Assembly (NCBI GenBank): GCA_973851085.1
Contig: OZ316775.1
Location: 2,170,001-2,234,000 of the forward strand
DNA from: Ptychomitrium polyphyllum
Taxonomy: Eukaryota
Reading direction: 5' to 3'
Length of the DNA stretch: 64,000 bases
Made by a program: the position numbers and the translations under genes. Shown here in pieces: positions 13,911 to 27,374 of the stretch; the first letter of the stretch is position 1; every line of letters begins with the position of its first letter. The notes below the pieces were generated by a model. That model was not told the DNA's origin and did not search any database. It was given only the letters and a program-made list of their open reading frames with translations.

Positions 13911-14945
13911 TCAGTGCTTACAGACTGAAGTGGACACAACTGAAACGGCCACAACTGAATCCTTATTCCCACCGTTTTCTGAGACAAGAGAGAGTTCCCC
14001 AGCTATCTCGATCCAAAACTCTCCCACTTTGTAAGTTTTTTCGCCAGGGCTGCCAAAGAGGATCACTTCTCCGGAGACCACCGTCAGCAGCCGAACCGCA
14101 ACTACCATCTCCGGCAGTGCCCTAGCGCCAGGCTCGTACATGAGCACCCTGCAATGTTCCAGAGCAGAATCCAGCCGCATTCGTGACTGGAACCGCGAGG
14201 AAGGGCCGGAAGAGGCGGTAACGACGCGGGCCCGGCAGAAGGAGCGGCTGGTAGGAATACCGTCACCAGGGTGCCAACGGGTATCAAGTAGTTCGCCAAC
14301 AAACTCGCCGGCTTCGTCCTAAAGTTTGCAGCGGAGGAGATGTTTCGGTATGGCTCCTCAAGTGACTCGCCCTCGTGGTAGGTTCGCTCTGGCTCGCCGT
14401 AAATCTACAACGGTCAAGCTGCCCTAGAGCATTACGGCATACAGTGGACCGCCGAGCGTGTGGCGATTGCGAATCCTCCAGCCGTGAAATCTACGACTGA
14501 CTGCACAGCCGAGAAATCTACGACTGACTGCACAGCCGAGAAATCTACGACTGACTGCACAGCCGAGAAATCTACGACTGACTGCACAGCCGAGAAATCT
14601 ACGACTGACTGCACAGCCGAGAAATCTACGACTGACTGCACAGCCGAGAAATCTACGACTGACTGCACAGCCGAGAAATCTACGACTGACTGCACAGCCG
14701 AGAAATCTACGACTGACTGCACAGCCGAGAAATCTACGACTGACTGCACAGCCGAGAAATCTACGACTGACTGCACAGCCGAGAAATCTACGACTGACTG
14801 CACAGCCTCGAACGGCAGTGTAGGCGGCTGTTCCACCTGAAATAATGTCTCAAGTGATTTCATTGGCTTGAGAAACGTCTGCGGTAGCCAAGGTCAAACC
14901 CAGAAGCAGCAGGGAGGCTAGACAGGATACGCGGCAAATTGCCGT
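13911..14945 (-). pseudogene. Intronless secreted bicupin (two Cupin_2-like barrels), pseudogenised
   Basis: Reconstructed across frameshifts: signal peptide (ACG)AICRVSCLASLLLLGLTLATA; cupin 1 VQSVVDFTAGGFA..HTLGGPLYAVML*GSLTVV..GEPERTYHEGESLEEP..AANFRTKPASLLANYLIPVG; Pro-rich linker; cupin 2 YEPGA..LLTVVSGEVILFGSPGEKTYKVGEFWIE..ENGGNKDSVVAVSVV. Lesions: ACG at the expected start, TAG at 14424-14426, several frameshifts. Confidence 0.7.
14484..14807. repeat. Minisatellite, 12 x 27 bp (gagaaatctacgactgactgcacagcc)
   Basis: 324 bp = 12 units. Eleven are identical; the first has gtg instead of gag. No spacers. Reads (AVQSVVDFS)n in the cupin frame. Confidence 0.98.
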
Positions 14946-15362
14946 CTCTTTCTAAATTAGTTTGTGAAATGGTCCTGCACCGATTACTGAATTGTATGGA
15001 TGTCAAAGCTTTGGCAATTTTAAAAGCAGCAGGTAGTTACAAGCTTAAGAGACTAATTCAAACAAAATCAGATTCCTTGGATGAGCAGTGCTTCTAGTTA
15101 GTGATTGATCTCAACCCTACTTATGTTGACAACATGATGGATAAGTGCTTCAAGAAGGTTTGCCTGCTCTTGATACTTTAGGATTTAAGATTATTTGCAG
15201 ATGTTGACTTGCATTCTAGCAAGGACCTGTCTATAAAAGGAGTTTGCAGCCTGCCTCCATATGCGAGTACCCGAAAGATAAAAATTGGTACAGGCGGCTG
15301 CTGCCCTAGACTCGTGCAAATTCAAAGATCCTCTCGAGGATATGACAAGCACGACAAAAATA

Positions 15363-15446
15363 TGGGGCGAGAGAGGCTCGAACTCTCGACCTCAGGATTT
15401 CTCTTAACTATGAGACCTACGCGCTAGCCAACTGCGCCACCGCCCC
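15363..15446 (-). tRNA. tRNA-Met: tRNA-Met(CAT), elongator type, with a 10-nt intron
   Basis: GGGGCGGTGGCGCAGTTGGCTAGCGCGTAGGTCTCATA-[GTTAAGAGAA]-ATCCTGAGGTCGAGAGTTCGAGCCTCTCTCGCCCCA. A and B boxes present; intron (15399-15408) one base 3' of the anticodon; T5 Pol III terminator at 15356-15360. Confidence 0.96.
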
Positions 15447-18400
15447 TCCAACAACAGACGGGTATTATCCGAATCCATTACAGAATTTAACTTGAAAATT
15501 TGCAAACTTTGTATTATGACTCATATGTAGTCAATATACTGTATTGAACTGAAATGCGCATCACGAAAACCAACAACCAACAAGATTGATCCATATAATT
15601 CTTGTAAAACAACTTGTGTGGAAGTTCAAAAGAAATTCCTGAATCGAAAATGACAAGTGCTATTGATTCACGCTTCCCTTTAAAAAGACGGGAGTTCTTC
15701 TCAACAAGCCTTGGTAGGAGTCCACATCCCCCATCTCCAGAATACAAGGTGCATACCCCCACCGAAATGATGTCATGTCGTCGACCAAACTGAGACCCTG
15801 CACAGTTCCAAAAGTAATATTCTCAATTTTCAGATCCCAGGACATCATGTCATTTGCTTCTTCCAAATCACGACCTTAACTCGTAAACAAGGCCTTTCCT
15901 TTACATTGGACTGACTTCAAAACCACTACCAAAAGATATTTCCATCCATCAAAGGGCACTGATGAAAATTTCTCCGAAGGCATGAGAACATGGCTTGCAA
16001 AGTGACGATCGTAATACTTAACTGACCTCTATCTTTCTCCATCGGGTTCATTGAGGTTCCTCCTGCAACAGATAGTGGGCCCGAACCATATCAAATGCTG
16101 TCCACAGTTCTCAAAACGGTATCGAACGATCAAAAGATTTCTATGGCCGAAAACTTCACGCAGCGATAGAAGCGTACGATGCACACATCCAAAAGGATGT
16201 TAGAGGAGGAGGTCATTGATATCGTTACCTCACGCACGCGTTTCCGCAGGTACTCCCCCCCCCGCAGTTTGACAAAAATTGTCTCTGGTTGCCTCGGTGT
16301 GCTGATATGATAATCGTGTGCTACCTGCAGGGTGCACAAAGAAAAAACTACGCGAATATTACTAGCTTTCTGGTTAAATTTTTGATAAAAAAAAAACGGT
16401 AAGCAAAAAAAATATATATTTGCTGCGCCCACTCTCTACCGTCAGAGCTGTACCGTCAGAGCTACACCACCTCTATCCGACACTGACGAGGAAGGATAGA
16501 CAACTGCCCAGTTATATTTTCATACTGATTTAGTGTTCGGCTGGTCCTTATAGATTCTCGTTCGTTCCAAACCGCTGTTTTAGAGACCTATCTTATCCTG
16601 CAGTTGAACAAAGTTCACAGGACTGCCGAGTTAGCAACGCAAGGCGAGAGAAGAGGTCAAGTGCTAACCCTGTACGTCGTCACAAGAACAACGAAAATTT
16701 GAAGGCAGATAGACATCATCGTTGGAATCAGGATGCATTGAAGGATTGAAAAACCAAACAAGCTTCCGCACCTTGTGCAGTTCAAAAGCAGATGGATTTA
16801 TCCTTAAAATAGAAAACAAATTACTGAGTTGACTCACAAGCAAAATTTGCATTTGATAGTGAATCAACTCACTAATTTAATGATTTACAGACATTGTCAA
16901 TGTATTCTTCACCACAACATTGAAGTGAAATTAGATCTATCAACTATTCACCCTCACCGAAGCCCTTCGAGCATTCTTGGATTATATTATCAGCTTCATT
17001 TGAGCACGTGTCTGTGACAACAGTTGTCTTCAGTGACAGCTTCACTGAGTCGAGAAAATGTGAAGTTTTCAACTACTAGGTAAACCTGATGTTGGGTGCT
17101 CTCCATCTGTGCAGACTTTACTGCGTCAATGCAATTCAGATTCATTTCTTGTGCCAACCAGACCACATCTAACACCAAAAATCAAAGTGTAGTGTTAAAC
17201 TCTCAGGGGTAAGACGTGCTAGAGAAATTAAGAGTTACTTCATTACTCCATAAATTTCATATGACCAAAACATCTTATAAAATGCTAGAGGAAACACATT
17301 ACACTTTCAGACTATACTATCAAAAACTGTGTAAGGGTTCATCATTGGAGAAACAAGCTATGACGTCAAAACAGTCAAATTATAAACCAGAAGCACACAT
17401 GTTGCACGTTCAACGCCCTAAACACCTAACTATCTGAAGCCTTGTAAACCTTAAACCCTAAGATAAGCAGCAACTTCTACCAAAGAGCAACTCTGCTGCC
17501 AGAAGACAGAAGATATGAAACATGAAATATTGCAGTTGAAGATAGAATTTGTTGCATTCTACACAAACCCTAGACCCAGGATTCAGCAACTGTTATTCCT
17601 ACCTCAGAATTCTTATCATTGATCATAGTTTTGGGAACTAACGTGAGCACAAGCTCCAGCCATTGAAAAGCATCACATATCACTACATACTTTCAACCAC
17701 ATGCAGGTAACGTTCAAGTGATATCGACACCTCAAACAAGCACGCCACCAGGACACCTACAGGAAACATGCGCATGATCCATTATAAATGATTCAGGTAT
17801 TCCTCACCCTAGTCTGAAGCCGACTTTGCAAATAACGTGCGATTCATGCTTCAAGCCTCAAGCATGACAGCCTTAAGCTCGACACAGAGCTTGTCCACTC
17901 GAGGGTTCCATGCCAACCATGCTCGTCCATTCTAACAACACCAACTACACGCCAACCTCCTCAACTTCGTCTTAGAATTCTACAAGCTATCCAGCCGCTT
18001 CACCTTACTTGTGACGAGGCAGGGTACACCCAACGTGCACTTTTAGGAACAAGGCAAAAACTCAAAAAAGGATATGGAACTGCTCACTTGGATCACCACA
18101 TCTAATCTTCAGAGTATCAATGACTTCTCAAACTCTCATGTTAACGGAACCCGAATCCTGAAACATATTTAAGTTCCTTGAAGTTTGCTCCATCAAACGT
18201 AGGACAGGTGGATAATAAATGCCAACAAACTCAGCGGATTGTTTGATTGTTTTTGTGTAGTACGAGCGACAAACAGCTCACAAAAATCACTTTGAGAGAA
18301 GATATTAAATCATTTCAGCAACACATCATCATGATCTCAAAGGGAAAGTACCTTTTGTTGCAATCGTACAACCTCTTTGCGGTTGGGGTAACGACTTTAT

Positions 18401-18756
18401 GAAGATTTTCTAGTTTCTAGTTTCTTCTCATATCCAAGCTTCAAGATCCCGCTGCTCGTATGGAGGCACCTTTGGCGCAAGAATGTATTCATGAATGCAA
18501 TTGATACAGCAAAGGGTCAGCAAGAATGTCTCACTAACCCTAGAAAAAAAAATTCTACAACCTTTCTAATGCACACATGCCTGACTGACGACTCTCGATC
18601 GTCATCGGCATTTTTTCCTTAAATCAATCTTCTGTTCTATGAATCCCTTCCAAACAGGGACTTTTGAAGCAATCACTTGGTATCTCACTGTCCGAAACTG
18701 TGTCCACTAGACATGTGATTATTCTTATCAACGGCAAACACATGAGCGAAGCGCGA

Positions 18757-20694
18757 TCATAGGTTGAGGTCAAATGGAAATCCAGTGGTCGGCACATAGT
18801 TGGGGAAGAGCGCAGCGTTATTGTTGGTTGGGATGACTGGGTCGACCCAGTAGCGGTAGACCCACTTGTTAGCATCAGCGACGTTGGTGATTTGCTTCGA
18901 CCACGCCACTCGTTGCTTGATGATCGCCGCAGTGGCGCCGGGGCCATTGCTCTGGTACTCTGCGAAGTAGGAGGTTTTCAAGCCGAAGTCGGAGGTGTTC
19001 CACGGAAGCCAGCCCTTGGGGTCCACATGGGCCATGATGGTGCACTTCAGCAAAACGGCAGTGGAATAAGGTTTCCACGGCCGGCCGAGGAATGTTGGGT
19101 AATTTTTCTGATTGGCGACGAGATCCGAGGTTGCACCAAAGGTGCAACTTTGGAATGAGAGCCCTGTTTTCTGGTTGACGTCGGTCTTGCCTTGCGCCGT
19201 ATATGTGTTGCTTTGGCCCAGAAGACCGGATTTCTTCGCAGTGAGGATGCACTTCTGGAACAGAGCATAGCCGTTGCCGAAGATGTAGTCGACGGTGCCC
19301 AGGATCTGGCACTCTCGGTAATACTGTCGGTATGTATGCGCGTAGAGCGTGTCCTGGAAGCTGTCGAAGGAGCACTGGTAGAAGGCGGTCTTGTCGGCAC
19401 TCACGCGCATCGCCACTGCTTGATGGCCTGACGGTCCCGCGACGTTGCGGACGGTTACACCCCTCATCAGGAACCCTGTCCCACCCACAACTGCAGGGTA
19501 ACATTGGTCAGCTCACAGGAATTTCATCGTCATTTATGGCGGGTGTGAGAACGCAATGAACTAAACTTAGAGAAGAGGAGATGGATTACTCAGTGCTGGC
19601 GAGAGGAAAGTTGTCATGTTGGGCGTTAGCGCGACGCTTCGGTTCACCGAGATGATGGTCTTGTCAATGCCATCACCGATGAACATGAGATTCGTGATAC
19701 TCTGTGGGATGACAACCTGCTCGTTGTAAATGCCGGATTTGATGTAGACGACGTAAATCTTATTGCTCTTCTGCGGCACCTTATTCACAGCATCCACAAT
19801 CTTCCTGTAATTCCCGCCGCCGTTCCACGCCACCGTGACGTTGATGTACGAGCCCGGAGCTGCAGTTGCGAGCAGGTGCCGACGGTGCTGCATCTTTACC
19901 CAGCTGGGAATGTCCTCAACGCTGCCCTCTCCCCTATCGTCTGCAAGCAACCGTCGCCGTGAGCCGCCATAACCAGCAGCACTCGCCCACACCCAGAAGT
20001 TGTCACCAACCCCGGCGTACAAGCCGAGGAACGAGAGCGCGACGCTGAAAATCTCGTTCGTCTTCTTGATGAGCGCTTGCAGTTGGGGGCCGTTGTTATT
20101 GCCGACCTCCTCCAACGCATCCTTACATGTGGTATGCATCTCCATGGCGGCAGTAAGGCGCACCTTCATGTCCTCGAATAACGTCGCATTGAGGGCGCTT
20201 GCATCGGTCCCATTGAGCACGCCGATGATGTAGGTGAGCTCCTCGTCGGCGACGTTCAGGACATTGAGGCAGACCTGCACGGCGGACGCATTGACGGGCG
20301 TGGTGGAACTCTCCACTGCCAAGCGGACGCCGCCCACGCCGTCGCGGGCGCCTTGTAGTGTCGTTTGAGTGAAGACCTTGGCGTTTGTGGTGGTAGTATT
20401 CTGGAGCGTTTGAGTGCAGGTTTCGGGGTACTGCGAGGCGGAGCACGCCGCCGTGACCGCGGAGGGTGCGGCGACGGGTTGCAGGGCGGTGGTGTCGCCG
20501 TTACGATTCTGTAAACTGATGGTCACGGGGACGATGATGGCGAGCAGAACCGCTACGAGGGCCACTGATAAGATAATTACAACGCATTTGCGTCGTGCGC
20601 TCGTTCTGGGTTCGTGATGGTCGTCATAGTGATCTGTGGACTGGTTGTGGCCCTCATACAATCCCGCCTCATCTTCCCTCGACTTCCACACCAT
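18757..20694 (-). CDS. Pectin methylesterase with N-terminal TM anchor and PMEI pro-domain
   Basis: Exons 20694-19590 and 19490-18757. TM segment, PMEI cysteines (CSASQYPETC, C, TTC), processing motifs RRRLL and RRHLL, catalytic motifs QAVAMR, QDTL, GTVDYIFG, FLGRPWK. Confidence 0.96.
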
Positions 20695-23600
20695 GTTGTC
20701 TGCTTTTTATGCACCGACTGAATTCCTAAGCTCGATGGATTCTACGCAATTGAATGCTACCACCTCCGCGCTGCCTAACCGAACCACACGCACAATTAGG
20801 TGATCACCATGATTCCTGACATGACAAGCCCTTGTGATGATCTTAATATTCAAATTAACCAAATATAATGACTGATCACGCACCTACAATCGTACTGTAC
20901 TGCGAAACAATTCCCGATGAGACGGCTGCAAACTGGTCAAGGGAAAGTGGGAGATCATTTGTTAACGATCATTCAAATGAGCAAAGTACACAAGCCTACA
21001 GTTTCGAGCGTCTCAAGTGCATGAACAGCACCGTGCCGTCTTTCACATATTCAGCCAGAGAGCGTGGTTTCTAGACCAAACCCCAACTTAGTCACTGGAT
21101 TCGTTCACTGCCTAGTTGCATGCGCAATGAAGTGATCTCCATCCAACTCAAACATTGCAATGGAGGTCGAAAACCTCATCCTACAGTACCGCACTCCACT
21201 AATTACCGCGCTAACTACTAGGTTCGATCGTACAAACAGTTAAGCAACAAGTGACGCTGCGAGTTATTGGCCCTCTTCAAAACTTCAATCAATACCAGTT
21301 TAAAGTGATCAGATCAAATGATCAAACACATACCGAGAATTTTGATACTCTCGCGTGCAGGTGCAACTGTAGAACCACTCCTACCGCTTTCACAGGTGTA
21401 ACCAGTTCAGCGCTCTCCAAGCTGCATACTTGAGCACGAACCACCGTTGGAATAATCCGTGGACCCTTAACCAAACCACCGCACTAGCACTCCGTATCGA
21501 AGCTCGACTTTCAACCAACACCTGTTTGCTAGTAAGTACCTAATGTGATACAGTACCGACAATAGCGGAGGTGCAGTAGCCCACGTCTAGCGTCCACCAG
21601 TACTCATTAATCAGCCGGGCCCGATCATGAGGCCAGAGGAGTAGTCGACAGTGCAGCACCATACAAATGACATCGGTTACGGCAATACTTGTTAATCAAG
21701 TTTGAGCGGACTCTACCTGCTTGAGCAAAGGTGGGGGAAGCTCAACGCCGAGCTGGGGCGCATATTCGGGAGCAGGGTCGTCCATGACGGAGAAGGGCTT
21801 TCTAGCAGCGCTGAAATAGGCGCCTGAGAATTTGCCGCATCTGCAAGTCCGCGCGCGTCGGAAAGCAATGCAGGAACTCCCTTTCGCACCCACTGCCGGA
21901 GGCGCTGCAGCTGAACGCTATATGTCATGTTAGCTGATTCACATAAGCCTCAGTAATGAGCGCCGCTAAGTCGGTGACTAAATTTTACAGCATACCCTGT
22001 CTCTCCGCCCATTTTTAGCCTCGCACAGGTTCAGCCATCTATACCCTCGGTACATTCCTGGGCCGTTCCCGGGCAGCTTCGAATAATTCAAGTACATGAA
22101 TTTCAAAGCTTTTGGGATAAATATCCGTTTCTTGACTCCCCCGGCGCCAATAAGTGCCGTGCCGATAGATAGAACACGCATCTTGGAACTGTATTACATG
22201 TGATGTACATTATTCAACTACTACAGTAGAATGCAGGGTTCCTTCGTAACGCTATGCAGGCTTTCTCTTACAACACCAAAAATGATATCTAGTGTCACCC
22301 TTTCTAAATATCTTGATATGATAATGCAAACTCTTGGCCTAGTGTCATCAACACTGAATGCTACCAAGCTTTAGATTGGAACTTCATAAACTGTTTGCGA
22401 ATCGTGTCACCCACATATTGCTTTATCATCACAGGCGACACCATTTTTAGTCTACTGCAGAACATATCCTGGAAGTCATTGGAGTGAAAACCTGTGTTAT
22501 AATCTAGTTGTGCCGGTATGATAATTCACTGCTATGGCTTTCTTGAAGAGTGAAAGGTAGGACTGTGATGTGGGTAGCAGATGATGCGCAGAGTTCTTTG
22601 AATGACTTTGGGTAATGTAAGTGTATGCATTTATGGAAATTATAACCACCTCAACATGGTTACTATCATTAAACAGGGTTTATTCTTGCAAGGTCTTGTT
22701 GGCAGTTTGTTGAGGGTTTCAACACATGTTAGCATGTATTTTTCGGATGTTATATGAGTGAATTATAAAATTTTAAATTTCTAAATATGGGGTGCATCAA
22801 AAAGTGGCACTAAACTTATCTTCTAACAGTGTACATTCTTATATTCAATATATAAAGATGTTTTACAAAAACATATACGTATACTTGTAATGCACATTTT
22901 GTTCTTGAGGAGTTGGAACACATCATCTTAGCCTTGAAGCATGTTCATTTAACTACGAGAAACATCCTCGGTTTTAAAATTTTGATGAGAAATTGAGACA
23001 TTTTAGATAATGATGCTTCAAAAGACATTTTAGAAAATGATACTTCAAACTAAGAAGTCCTTTCAAGAATTATAAATTCCATACAAGACTAAATTTAATA
23101 GATTATTATTTTGTATTAATTTAAGGCCATAACATTACATTCATTATAATTGAAAATTCCAAAGTTCCAAAATAATCTTAAAAATTAAATAAATATAAAA
23201 GAGATTAAATTTGTTAAAGATGATTGTCATGTTTTTGAAGTTATATAGTAATTTTCTTGCCAATAGATGAGCCACAATAGCCAAAAGGCCATTCATTTGC
23301 ATTTAAATGGTTTATGAAATATGCAATTTAGTTTAATCTGAATTAAATCAATGCAAACTATTATGGTTCCAAAATTGTTGTTTTATTCCATTATATTGTG
23401 TTCCATATTTATCTTGTAGTGGCTAATGATGGTATATGTAGTGACTTATAAATGGTTTATTAAGAAAATAAAGTATGTACAAGAAATTTATCATCAAAGA
23501 AGTGGTTCTTCAGAACATTTATTTAAAACTATGGAATCAAAGAATTGTCGATTGTAATATAGATGTTTTTTGAAGAAGCGCAAAATAAAATTAAACTTTA

Positions 23601-25660
23601 AAATTATTGCATTTGATGCATGCTAGAGTATGTAGACAAAATTAAGAAACAAGATTAGTGACTTGGATTAATTAATTTCTTCATCTTTAAATTTAACTGG
23701 TTTCTATCCAAAAAAATATTACCTTTAAAAAAGTGACAAGAAGGTTTATAAAAGAATATTATGTAGAAAAAAGATATATCAAATTTAATACATAATGTTG
23801 TGGTATATCTTTATATTATGTAACAAATTTGATGTATTTATTATATATGAAAAAAGTTTGATATACTACTAAGATTGGTCATTTAGAAATTAATTTTAAA
23901 CAATAGAAAATGTAAGCATAAAGAAGATGAATCAGATGTACAATTAAATCATTCAATTTGGATGATGCCACTTTTATTTTATAAACTTAAAAATAACAAA
24001 TGGCTTGATATTTAGGAATTAACAAATAATTAAATGATCTTTAATCATTTTCAATAGAACATGTTGTATCATATTTTTAGATGTATAATTTTTTTATTAT
24101 ACCTTATTAAATATACATTTTACTAAAATTAGGTAAAAGCATCTAAAATCAATTATATTTTTAAGACAAATCTATAGACTTTCCCACAACCAACTTATAA
24201 ATTATAAATTAAACCATTATTAATATTAATAAATTAACTTTTAGTTTATTTTCTATTTTGAATTATTTCAAGAAATAATAAAGGTAGGTTTATAAATGAA
24301 TTATGTATTTAATTTTGAATCATTCTATACATCAATTGAAAGGCATGATTGAATTTTCACTTTAAAGATTTGTATTATTTACAATATTGGTGATTCAAGT
24401 TCATATTTAAATCTAAATACTACACTTTTAAAAATGAAACTACAAAGAAAAAAACCATATTATTTTATAATCAACTTGTATGTCTTTATATTTCAAACCT
24501 TTAGATGTTTACCTTACATTCTTCATCTACAAGTGTACTTTAAAGCAAATTTGTTAATTTTTTGGAATATTAGGCTAGTTAAATTTGTATACAAATTTTT
24601 TGAAATGAATTTTAAATGAAGAAATACAAATAATAAACTATTTCAAGGAGAATGATATAAAGTAATTTAAACAATACTAGCATGGTATAAGAATAAATCA
24701 ATTCACCCATATTGCATATACCCACAAAAATAAAATATGCATTGATTATTTTCCTCAAAGAAAACCTTACAATACATGGTCTTGTGTTTGCAAGTATTTC
24801 TGCAAGTGTTTGGTATATCATATTGATTTTTACAGAAGCATTTTTGTAGGATATGCTACAACTGCCTACAACTGACCCTCGTTGTATGAAAGCTGATTGT
24901 TCGTGGATTTCAAGACATTCAAAGTTTTGTGACACATGTGACCACTATGAGTTACCTGGTACTAAAGAGTTAACATGAAGAATATATGTTTATATGCAAA
25001 TTAGTATTCCAATACATACTAATGTTCCGTCCAAACATCCAGACTATTGAAAGTACGTTTCTCGGCTTATGTGCGTGCAGTGTGAATCAGGCATGGTGGT
25101 CGAGAGTTCAGGAGCTTTTTTGAATGTTTCGATGTTCCTATTGTTCAGAGTGTTGTGCAATTAGAAAAGATTACTGTACCCGAAACCCCTTCTAGACTCA
25201 AGTTTAGTTTAACGATGTTAGCCTTCAAGTTCCGATCAATAGTTTGTCAGTTTCTAGGTTCGTCCAGATGTGCATCCACAACTCCTTTTTCGCATCAAAC
25301 TTACTTCAACAGGTGCTTGCCGCGTCAGGCCAGCCTGGTGAAGGTGATTTGCTATTGCCGCATTGTGAAGGTGAAGCTGAAAGTTCTATGAAAACGGCTT
25401 TGATCCAACCAGAAGCCACTTCTGTCAGAAATGCCTCTAAAGTACAAGATGGCTTGTGGTAAACACTTAAAACTCTCACGTTGCAAAGCCGCATTACACG
25501 TACTGGTTGCTCTGATGGTGAAAGTGTCCTCTTCAGGCAACCTACTAGTGCACATCCTCAAAATCTAGGTACCGTATGATAACTCGCAACTCTATGTACA
25601 TCATTCTATACAAAGTCCTCATATACAAGTGAATTACCTGCTTTGTGCAAGCATTGCAAT

Positions 25661-27374
25661 TCATTTCCTTTTTCCGAGCTGTATCTGACGGTCAGTTAGG
25701 GGGACGTACCGAACTTCCGTGTAATCCCACTGCTTCACCTCTCCCTGTAAATCTTTATCTATTACAACCAAGTCTTGCAAAATATCACCCACAGGAATGA
25801 CCATTCGTCCTCCAGGCTTCAACTGCTCAAGGAGTGCAGGCGGAATAGCTGCCGCAGCTGCTCCCACATGAATGGCATCGTATGGTGCAAGATCTGAAAA
25901 TCCTTGTCTGCCGTCTGTTCAAACATCACACATCTGTCAACATCCAGCAAGACTGGTATGAACAGTCTACTAAAGAACCTTCGAATACGTACTAAGAATA
26001 CTAGTATACAGGTTTATGACAGTTGGAATAATCGACCTTATCCAATAACAGATATTCTTTTCAGAATTATCTACTAAAACTTGGAAACAACCTAAATCAG
26101 ACAGTAATGCATCAAGATATACACTTAAACTACATATTTTCTAGCTACAACTTGCAGGGAGGGACATCTATGTTCAGGATATATAGGAAATTAACTACAC
26201 CAGCACCTTATCAACCCATTCAATCACTAATGAAAAAGAACAATTACATTCAATTTCCACAATTTAATTGCTTACAGATTTGAATGATCTTAAGGCGTTA
26301 TGTGAAATTCGAAGACACAACCAATCTGACCTCCAGTATGTAGTGAAAGGCTGCCCGAAGCAAGTAGATGAGCAGCTTTGCTTTTTTTCACATTCTCAAT
26401 CGCTTTTTCTGTAAGCTCAGGTATATGTTCCACTCCAACAGTACGACCCGCTTCTCCAACCAAAAGCGCAAAGATTGCTGTCAAGTACCCAGAGCCTGCA
26501 CCCTACATCTTAATAATCTTCACAACACCAAGAACAGATATTGACACTGATTGAAACAAATTACCTGCGATGTCACGATGTGCTCTTGGAGAAAACCCGC
26601 TCAGCGGGAAATACCGCATACAAATTAAGTAGAACCAGGAACAGAATAGAACAGAACAGAGCATAAGAAAGTCAAGGAGATATTGATCAACATATTTCTC
26701 AGTATTAAGTATCTTGAATCAGCATATGATGGTGATCAGACCTGCACCAACGTCAAGAGCACGCATTCCAGGCTGCAAATGGTTGTTAAGAAGTTCAAGG
26801 CATGCGGCGTGCATGTGAGGAGCAGAAATTGTTGCATTATATCCAATTGGCACAGGGCAGTCCATGTAAGGGTCACCCTCGCCTGATGGAACAAATAGCC
26901 CCCGGTCTATTTGTTCCATTGCATCAGCCACTCTGGAGGTAGGGATCGTCCCATTTTCTCGTAGGCTGCTTACCAGCCCCTTATTGTCATGCAAACGCTT
27001 CCTCCAGAAATACTGCATATAAAAACATATCCATGAACATATTAGGGCCCTAATTGCATCACAAAAGAGACAAACTTAGGGAAGGAATCTAGCAAGCCCC
27101 CATAAAAACAATGCAGAAGCATATTTTAGTTGTAATATGTACGCTCTATAAACTGTACACCAGGACTTATTTTCTACGAAAATTCTACACTTCTGATTTA
27201 CTATGTTTTCTTTCAATGCTAGTAGCAAAACCAAAATGAGGAAGTGAATGTCTCGAGCTCACTTACATCCATCTTACGGGAAATTCGCAATTTCAAGGGT
27301 CTGAAATTGCAGATGTGCGGAAGTAGGCCGATGCTGTGTTGATGTGGAATCGATCGGCATGCCAAGGCTAGCAT
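25661..27374 (-). CDS. PIMT: Protein-L-isoaspartate O-methyltransferase
   Basis: Exons 27374 (or 27272)-27267, 27012-26742, 26495-26331, 25914-25661, all phase-consistent. Motifs ATISAPHMHA, ALDVGAGSGY, VGVEHIPEL, APYDAIHVGAAA, LKPGGRMVIPVG, VRYVPLT. Confidence 0.96.

Noticed and set aside
14484..14807. CRISPR array
   Set aside because: Repeats are head-to-tail with no spacers, there are no cas genes, and the context is eukaryotic.
14460..14840. Thr/Cys-repeat antifreeze-like protein on the plus strand
   Set aside because: The ORF starts at GTG, has no signal peptide and consists almost entirely of the repeat. The minus-strand cupin frame explains the flanks.
14424..14945. Multi-copy secreted peptide precursor (RRFL-GCAVS)n
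   Set aside because: This frame is in register with the signal peptide but has no ATG and an intervening TGA. The cupin interpretation accounts for more of the sequence.
15514..16130. Minus-strand exon-like ORFs next to the tRNA
   Set aside because: Frames are interrupted by stops and I recognise no family.
18875..20617. Numerous overlapping or antisense ORFs within the PME gene
   Set aside because: Shadow ORFs caused by GC-rich codon usage.
22700..24950. AT-rich blocks (also 1-1000, 46300-48500, 62000-63600) as specific transposons
   Set aside because: Probably decayed repeats, but no LTR, TIR, RT, integrase or helicase motif could be read with confidence.
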